From: an uncultured Actinomycetota bacterium
GTDB lineage: Bacteria; Actinomycetota; Actinomycetes; Actinomycetales; CAWJMD01
Assembly (NCBI GenBank): GCA_963825505.1
Contig: CAWGTL010000010.1
Coordinates: forward strand, 64,080-128,079
Direction: 5' to 3'
DNA length: 64,000 nt
Part shown: piece after piece, positions 58,657 to 64,000 of the stretch
Position numbering within the stretch: position 1 is the stretch's first letter
Layout: the number at the start of each line of letters is the position of its first letter
Translations under genes and position numbers: made by a program
The notes under the pieces: generated by a model
Databases searched by the model: none
What the model was told of the DNA's origin: nothing
Seen by the model: only the letters and a program-made list of their open reading frames with translations

Positions 58657-59623
58657 TCACGCGGCGCCCGGCGGCCCCGACCCCTGCGGGGGCGGGGCCG
58701 CCGCGCTGCCGGCGGCGCCTCCCGCTGCGGCGCCCGTGCGGCGCAGCACCTCGGCCACCTCGCGCACCGAGGGGGTGCGGCTGCGACGGGTGAGCAGGAA
58801 GACCTCGCGACCCACCGCGGCGGACCGCAGCGGGCGGACCACCACCCCGGGCGGGTCGAACCCGAGGACGAGGTCGGGCAGCAGCGCGCCGGCGCCGGTG
58901 GTGCGGACGAGCTCGAGCTGGATGAGGAAGTCGTCGGAGGTGTACCGCACGTCCGGCTCGAAGCCGCCGATCTCACGGCACGCCCGCACGTGCATGTCGT
59001 GGTGCCCGGTCCCGGGCTGGCTGGTGGTCCACGGCATCTCGGCCAGGCGCGACAGCGGCAGCCGGTCCACCGTCGCCTCCGGGTGGTCGGCGGGCAGCAC
59101 CAGGTCGATGCCCTCGCGCAGGACCGTCTCGCGCTCGAGCTCCGGGTGCAGCACCCGCGGCTGGCCCACGTACTCGTCGCCGACGAGGACGTCGAGCTGG
59201 TGCAGGCGCAGGGCGGGCACGGCCTGCTCGACCTCGGACTCGGTGGCCTCGACCCGGATGCCGGGGTGGGTGCGCGACAGGGTGCGGATCGTCGGCGCCA
59301 CCATCCGCAGGAACGCGGACTGGAAGGCCGCCACCCGCACCGTGCCCGCGAGCCGGCCGGCCGCGACGGCGGCGACCTCCGCCTGCGCCGCGTCCATGCC
59401 CGTCGAGCAGCCCGTCGGCGTGCCGCACCAGCACCGCGCCGGCCTCGGTGAGACGCACACCGCGCCCGACGCGCTCCAGCAGCGCCGTGCCGGCCTCGCG
59501 CTCGAGCGCGGCGAGCTGCTGGGAGATCGCGCTGGGGGTGTACCCGAGAGCGCGCGCGGCGGCGTGCAGCGTCCCGCGGACGTGCACCTCCCGCAGGACG
59601 CGCAGCCGGCGCAGGTCGATCAC
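58657..59623 (-). pseudogene. LysR-family transcriptional regulator, one extra base near 59399
   Basis: HTH MIDLRRLRVLREVHVRGTLHAAARALGYTPSAISQQLAALE...VLVRHADGLLDG (ORF 58973..59623) joins MDAAQAEVAAVAAGRLAGTVRVAAFQSAF... (ORF 58657..59460). Confidence 0.85.
58670..58702. terminator. Strong GC stem-loop after flgE (overlaps the 3' end of the convergent LysR gene)
   Basis: GGCGGCCCCGACCCC-tgc-GGGGGCGGGGCCGCC, a 15-bp stem with one mismatch. Confidence 0.5.
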
Positions 59624-59717
59624 CAGGACGATCCGATCATCCGTTCAGGATATCTGCACGGTTCGGTGAAGCAGGTCGCGCTGGACGTGAACGATCGTCC
59701 GGCCTCACGCTGGCCGG

Positions 59718-60629
59718 GTGGGAGCCCTCGCCTGTGTCGCGTCCGCCGTCGCCTTCGGGCTGCTGGCGGTGTTCGCCAAGCTGGCCTACGGCGAGGGCGT
59801 CGACCTCGACGCCCTGCTGCTCCTGCGCTTCGGTGCCGCCGGGGCGCTGCTGCTGGCCGTCGCGGCCTGCACCGGGCGGCTGCGCGGGCTGCACCCGCGG
59901 GTCGTGGTGGGCGGTCTCGCGATGGGCGCCGTCGGTTACGCCGCCCAGTCCGGGCTCTACCTCGCTGCGCTCGGACGGGTCGAGGCGTCCCAGACGGCGC
60001 TGCTGTTCTGCGGCTACCCGCTCCTGGTGATGGTCGGTGCCGTGCTGACCCGCCGCGAGCCGCCGTCGCGCCGCCGGGGCGCGGCGCTGGTCCTGGCGCT
60101 GCTCGGCGTCGCGCTGGTGCTGGGCGGCGCCTCCGCGGGCGAGGTCGACCTGCTCGGCGCAGCCTGCGCGATCGGGTCCGCCGTGGTCTACACCGGCTAC
60201 ATCCTGGTCGGCGACCGCATCGGCGCGCCCGACCCGCTGGCGTTCGCGGCCCTGGTGTGCGGGGGCGCGGCCTGCACCTTCGGCCTGTGGTCGCTCGTGC
60301 ACGGCGCGCCCGGCCTCGGCTTCGGTGCCGGCGGCTGGCTCTGGCTCGCTCTCATCGCGCTGGTGAGCACCGTCGCGGCGATCGTGCTGTTCTTCGCGGG
60401 GCTGGCGCGCGTGGGCCCGACCGCCGCCGCGCTGCTGTCGACCGTCGAGCCCGTCGTCACCGTCGTCGGTGCGGCGCTGGTCTTCGGCGAGGTGCTCACG
60501 CTCCAGCAGGCGGTCGGCGGCGTGCTCGTCCTCGGCACCGTCCTGCTCGTGCAGTGGCCGGCGCGACGCCGGCTGCCGGCGGCGGCCCCGGCTCCGCCTG
60601 TGCCGGAACGGGTCCCAGCGGGTCGCTGA
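59718..60629 (+). CDS. EamA/DMT-family transporter
   Basis: 303-aa protein with ~10 TM segments. Divergent from the LysR gene. Confidence 0.8.
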   Translation: MGALACVASAVAFGLLAVFAKLAYGEGVDLDALLLLRFGAAGALLLAVAACTGRLRGLHPRVVVGGLAMGAVGYAAQSGLYLAALGRVEASQTALLFCGYPLLVMVGAVLTRREPPSRRRGAALVLALLGVALVLGGASAGEVDLLGAACAIGSAVVYTGYILVGDRIGAPDPLAFAALVCGGAACTFGLWSLVHGAPGLGFGAGGWLWLALIALVSTVAAIVLFFAGLARVGPTAAALLSTVEPVVTVVGAALVFGEVLTLQQAVGGVLVLGTVLLVQWPARRRLPAAAPAPPVPERVPAGR

Positions 60630-60666
60630 GGCGACGGCCCGCGCAGGCAGCTGCGCGTGCCGAACT

Positions 60667-60696
60667 CCTCAGGTGGTCGGGGTCCCGGCCGATGGG
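60667..60696 (+). promoter_or_regulatory. Sigma-28-type promoter for flbD-motA-motB-fliL
   Basis: tCCTCAGGTggtcggggtcccgGCCGATGGGag, i.e. TCAG 60669-60672, N15, GCCGATGG 60688-60695. Confidence 0.62.
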
Positions 60697-60705
60697 AGTC
60701 GTGAA

Positions 60706-60721
60706 GGCCCACGGACGGGCT
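60706..60721 (+). promoter_or_regulatory. flbD leader stem-loop with ACGGAC hexaloop
   Basis: GGCCC-ACGGAC-GGGCT matches the fliC leader hairpin at 14 of 16 positions. A second ACGGAC (60740-60745) lies within the SD region AAGGACGGAC. Confidence 0.5.
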
Positions 60722-60748
60722 GCCACGCACCATCCAAGGACGGACGTC

Positions 60749-61033
60749 ATGATCATCCTCACGCGCCTGAACGGCGAGCGGTTCGCACTGAACCCCGACC
60801 TGCTCGAACGGGTCGACAGCACGCCCGACACCGTGCTGACGCTGCTGGGCGGCACCAAGTACGTCGTCAGCGAGTCGATGGAGCTCGTCATCGAGCGGGT
60901 CCGCGACTTCCGCGCCGGCGTCATCAGCGCCAGCCACGTGCCGCTCGGCCTCGTGCCGGACCTCCACGAGCAGGACGACGACGTCACCGGCGTCGCCGGC
61001 GCCGTGCCGCTGCGTCCGCGCCGGCGGTCCTGA
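60749..61033 (+). CDS. flbD: Flagellar protein FlbD
   Basis: Last 94 codons of ORF 58736..61033 read MIILTRLNGERFALNPDLLERVDSTPDTVLTLLGGTKYVVSESMELVIERV. Confidence 0.85.
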   Translation: MIILTRLNGERFALNPDLLERVDSTPDTVLTLLGGTKYVVSESMELVIERVRDFRAGVISASHVPLGLVPDLHEQDDDVTGVAGAVPLRPRRRS

Positions 61034-61818
61034 TGGATCCCGCGACCCTCATCGGCCTGGCCGTCGGCTTCGGCGCGATCATCACCGCGATGATCCTCGA
61101 GGGCGGGAACCCGGCCTCGATCCTGCTCCCCGCCCCGATGGTGCTCGTCTTCGGCGGGACGCTCGGCGTCGGGATCGCCGGCGGGCTGCTGCGCGACCTC
61201 AAGACCATCGTGGCCGGGGTGAAGAAGGCGCTGCTCGGCGGCTCCAAGCCCCCGACCGACACCATCGCCGAGATCGTCTCGCTCGCCGAGCGCGCGCGCC
61301 GCGAGGGACTTCTCGCGCTGGAGGAGGCGATCAGCTCGGTCGAGGACGAGTTCCTCAAGGACAGCCTGCAGTCGGCCGTGGACGGCACCGACCCCGAGGA
61401 CCTGCGCACGATCATGCTCGACCGGATCGACGCGAAGACCGCCAGCGACAAGGTGGCCTCGAAGTTCTTCACCGACCTCGGCGGCTTCGCCCCGACGATC
61501 GGCATCATCGGCACCGTCATCAGCCTCGTGCACGTCCTGGAGAACCTCGGCAACCCCGACGACCTCGGTCACATGATCGCGGCGGCGTTCGTCGCGACGC
61601 TGTGGGGCGTGCTGTCGGCCAACGTGATGTGGCTGCCGATCGCCAACAGGCTCAAGCGGCTCACCGAGACCGAGGTGGCGCAGATGCACCTCGTGGTCGA
61701 GGGCGTCGTCGCGATCCAGGCCGGCGCCAACCCGCGCCTGGTGCAGCAGCGGCTGTCCAGCCTCCTGCCCCCCGCGGACGCCGAGGCGGCGGCGGCGACG
61801 GCGAAGAAGGCGGCGTGA
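61033..61818 (+). CDS. motA: Flagellar motor stator protein MotA
   Basis: ATG 61033 overlaps the flbD stop. FAPTIGIIGTVISLV...AFVATLWGVLSANVMWLPIANRL. Confidence 0.9.
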   Translation: MDPATLIGLAVGFGAIITAMILEGGNPASILLPAPMVLVFGGTLGVGIAGGLLRDLKTIVAGVKKALLGGSKPPTDTIAEIVSLAERARREGLLALEEAISSVEDEFLKDSLQSAVDGTDPEDLRTIMLDRIDAKTASDKVASKFFTDLGGFAPTIGIIGTVISLVHVLENLGNPDDLGHMIAAAFVATLWGVLSANVMWLPIANRLKRLTETEVAQMHLVVEGVVAIQAGANPRLVQQRLSSLLPPADAEAAAATAKKAA

Positions 61819-62738
61819 GCTCGGGCGCGGCCCGCCGCGGTCGTCGCGGCGGGCACGAGGAGGAGCACGAGAACCACGAGCGGTGGCTGGTCAGCTACGC
61901 CGACATGATCACCGTGCTGATGGCGCTGTTCATCGTGCTGTTCGCGATCAGCCAGGTCGACCAGCAGAAGTTCCTCGAGCTCAAGAGCGGTCTCGCGGAC
62001 GGCTTCGGCGCCAGCTCGGCGATCCCGGTGGACGGGGGAGCGGGTCTGCTGTCCAGCCCCGACGGCCCGCCCAACCCGGCCCGGCTCGAGGTCGACGCGG
62101 CGCCCGCGCCGGTCGATCTCGCCAGCACCGGCGAGGGCCGGACCGACGACGGAACCGCCGAGGCGGAGACGCGGCTCGCGGCCGCCGAGGCCGAGCTCGA
62201 CCGGCTGCAGCAGATCCAGGCCGCCCTCGAGGCGGCGCTGGACGCCGAGGGCCTCGGCGACCGGGTGCGGTTCCGGATCACCGAGCGCGGCCTGGTCGCC
62301 GCGGTGGTGGCCGACGACGTGTTCTTCGCCAGCGCCAGCGCCACCATCGAGCCCCGCGGGCTCGACGTGCTCGACGTGATGGCCCCGGTGCTCGACGAGC
62401 TGCCGGAGGACGTCGCGGTCGAGGGCCACGCCAACCACCTGCGGATCACCGGCGGGCAGTACCCGAGCAACTGGGAGCTGTCCGGCGCGCGCGCCACCGC
62501 GGTGGTGCGGCACCTCATCGACGCCGACGGGCTGGAGCCGACCCGGCTGTCGGCCACCGGGTTCGGCGACACCCGTCCCCTGTTCCCGGTGGGTGACCCG
62601 CAGGCCGTGACCGGGAACCGCCGGGTCGACCTCGTGGTGCTCGACCAGCAGCCGGCCACCGTCCGCGCCCTGATCCCGCAGATCGCCGCCGCCCGCGGCC
62701 TGGCCACCGACCTGGACCCCGTCACCGGCGAGGGCTGA
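61815..62738 (+). CDS. motB: Flagellar motor stator protein MotB (OmpA-like C-terminal domain)
   Basis: GTG 61815 overlaps the motA stop. ERWLVSYADMITVLMALFIVLFAIS; C-terminus NWELSGARATAVVRHL...NRRVDLVV. Confidence 0.9.
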   Translation: MSSGAARRGRRGGHEEEHENHERWLVSYADMITVLMALFIVLFAISQVDQQKFLELKSGLADGFGASSAIPVDGGAGLLSSPDGPPNPARLEVDAAPAPVDLASTGEGRTDDGTAEAETRLAAAEAELDRLQQIQAALEAALDAEGLGDRVRFRITERGLVAAVVADDVFFASASATIEPRGLDVLDVMAPVLDELPEDVAVEGHANHLRITGGQYPSNWELSGARATAVVRHLIDADGLEPTRLSATGFGDTRPLFPVGDPQAVTGNRRVDLVVLDQQPATVRALIPQIAAARGLATDLDPVTGEG

Positions 62739-62813
62739 ACCGTGCCCCCGTCACCCACCACCACCCAGCAGACCACCCCCGCCGGCACGACCCGACAGAC
62801 CCTGGAGAGAGTC

Positions 62814-63290
62814 ATGGCCACAGCCACCGCCGTCCGCCCCGGAGCGGGCCCCACCACCGCCGGCGAGGCGGAGGAGGCGACCACCAAGGGCGGCAGGAAG
62901 AAGCTCGTCCTCGTGGCGGTCCTCGTCGTCGCGCTCGTGGCCGCCGGCGCGTGGTGGTTCCTGCTCAAGCCGTCCGGCGGTGAGGAGGAGGCCGCGCCGG
63001 AGCCGGTGCCGGGCGACGTCGTCGCGCTCGAGGCGATCAGCGTCAACCTCGCGGACGGGCACTACCTGCGGGTCGGGATCGCGCTGCAGGCCACCGCCGA
63101 CGCCGCGCACGCCCCCGAGGGCAGCCACGCGCTCAACCTGCTGATCGACACCTTCACCGGCCGCACGGTCGAGGAGCTCGCCACCACCGAGACCCGCGCC
63201 GCGCTGCAGGAGGAGCTCGCCCACCAGGTCGAGGAGGCCTACCACCACGAGGTGATGGACGTGTACTTCACCGAGTTCGTCACCCAGTAG
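62814..63290 (+). CDS. fliL: Flagellar basal-body-associated protein FliL
   Basis: ATG 62814 follows GGAGAGAG, in frame in ORF 62742..63290. Single TM segment, then ISVNLADGHYLRVGIALQ. Confidence 0.8.
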   Translation: MATATAVRPGAGPTTAGEAEEATTKGGRKKLVLVAVLVVALVAAGAWWFLLKPSGGEEEAAPEPVPGDVVALEAISVNLADGHYLRVGIALQATADAAHAPEGSHALNLLIDTFTGRTVEELATTETRAALQEELAHQVEEAYHHEVMDVYFTEFVTQ

Positions 63291-63440
63291 GAGGGCACGT
63301 CCTGGACGCTCTTCCGTCGACCGAGCTCGTCACCCAGGAGGCCGCCACCGGAGGACGGCCGGCGCGGCAGCGGTCCCGGAGGGGAGGACCGCTGCTGCGC
63401 CGGTGGCGCGAACCGGACGGGATCTGTCGACCCGTACGGC

Positions 63441-63468
63441 TCAACATCGGGTGCACGCCGTCCGATAG
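63441..63468 (+). promoter_or_regulatory. Weak sigma-28-like element immediately upstream of fliM
   Basis: TCAA-N16-TCCGATAG. The spacing and the -10 differ from the five strong sites. The -10 ends 8 nt before GTG 63476, so any transcript would be nearly leaderless. Confidence 0.2.
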
Positions 63469-63475
63469 ACCCGGG

Positions 63476-64000
63476 GTGAGCGAGACGACCACCAGGCCGA
63501 CTGCGCGTTCCGGCACGCGTCCGCGCGGCCGGGGGACCGTCACGGAGTACGACTTCGCCGCCCCCGCCCGGCTCTCTCGCGAGCACGCCCGGCTGCTCGA
63601 GGTGGCCAACGACACCTTCGCGCGGCAGTGGACCACCCAGCTCGGCACCCGGCTGCGCTGCGCCGTCTCGATCACCTTCACCGGCGTGACCCAGTCGACC
63701 TACGACGCCTACGTCGAGTCGATCCCGGCGCACCCGGCGATGGTGCTGTTCCAGCTCGACCTCGACGAGCCCGCGACCGGCGTCCTGCAGCTGACCACCG
63801 GCAGCGCGCTGGCCCACCTCGACCACGCCCTCGGCGGCCCCGGCGGCCGGGACGGCGAGCAGCCGTCCCGCCTGCTCACCGAGATCGAGACCTCCCTCAC
63901 CCTCGGCATGTGCACCCGGGTGCTCGGCACCCTCGGGTACGCCTTCGCCGCGCTCGGCTCGCCGGCGGCGACCGTCGACGGCCTGCAGCAGGACGCCCAG
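63476..64000 (+). CDS. fliM: Flagellar motor switch protein FliM, 3' end beyond window (not in the supplied ORF track)
   Basis: My translation from GTG 63476 gives 175 codons with no stop. VSETTTRP...TEYDFAAPARLSREHARLLEVANDTFARQWTTQLGTRLR...YDAYVESIPAHPAMVLFQL... has the FliM N-terminal domain pattern and high GC3. Confidence 0.8.
   Translation, partial: MSETTTRPTARSGTRPRGRGTVTEYDFAAPARLSREHARLLEVANDTFARQWTTQLGTRLRCAVSITFTGVTQSTYDAYVESIPAHPAMVLFQLDLDEPATGVLQLTTGSALAHLDHALGGPGGRDGEQPSRLLTEIETSLTLGMCTRVLGTLGYAFAALGSPAATVDGLQQDAQ

Noticed and set aside
58736-61033. 765-aa plus-strand ORF spanning LysR, EamA and flbD
   Set aside because: Only the last 94 codons (FlbD, from ATG 60749) make sense. 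The rest is antisense to LysR or out of frame with EamA.
60749-61033. FlbD N-terminus (MIILTRLNGE...) considered as a possible CsrA (MLxLxRKxGE...)
   Set aside because: The rest of the sequence (FALNPDLLERVDSTPDTVLTLLGGTKYVVSES) is FlbD-like and the gene sits directly upstream of motA, the usual flbD position. It lacks the CsrA beta-strand pattern and the C-terminal HREEI motif.

Overview
Very GC-rich actinobacterial chromosome segment, Nocardioidaceae-like by gene content (organism call is inference only). Kb 0-38 is mostly ordinary metabolism and housekeeping. It holds a sugar ABC importer, LLM oxidoreductases, xfp-ackA divergent from furA-katG, and a large secreted S8 protease. It also holds an APH-like kinase/VOC/class A beta-lactamase/methyltransferase-like operon, an alpha-amylase-family enzyme, an S41 peptidase with a divergent MarR, a DEAD-box helicase, hisN and several DUF genes. 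A decayed DUF222/HNH gene, an AI-2E transporter and a ccr-mce / thiolase-meaB module complete this part. From kb 38.2 to the window end lies a large flagellar/motility locus: fliW-flgL-flgK-flgN (minus strand), fliA, fliC-fliD-fliS, two unknown genes and an EAL-HDOD gene. These are followed by flgB-flgC-fliE-fliF-fliG-fliH-fliI-fliJ, an NlpC/P60-SLT hydrolase, fliK-flgD-flgE, an inserted LysR/EamA pair, flbD-motA-motB-fliL and a fliM that runs off the window and is missing from the ORF track. The three observations I rate highest follow. (1) Five near-identical sigma-28-type promoters (CCTCAGGT-N13-GCCGATGGG) sit in front of five of the locus's transcription units, including the one that opens with flgB (hook-basal-body genes), but not in front of fliA. 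(2) Stem-loops presenting ACGGA (ANGGAN-type, CsrA/RsmE-like sites) recur in the leaders downstream of four of those promoters; fliW is present but no csrA or flgM is recognisable. (3) About 27 single-base frame disruptions occur between roughly kb 22.7 and 59.4, about 23 of them within kb 29.7-42.1. They include a triple, frame-restoring shift hidden inside an apparently intact fliA ORF. These may be assembly errors or real decay; I cannot tell which from sequence alone. Many long ORFs in the track are antisense or off-frame artefacts of high GC and were not called.
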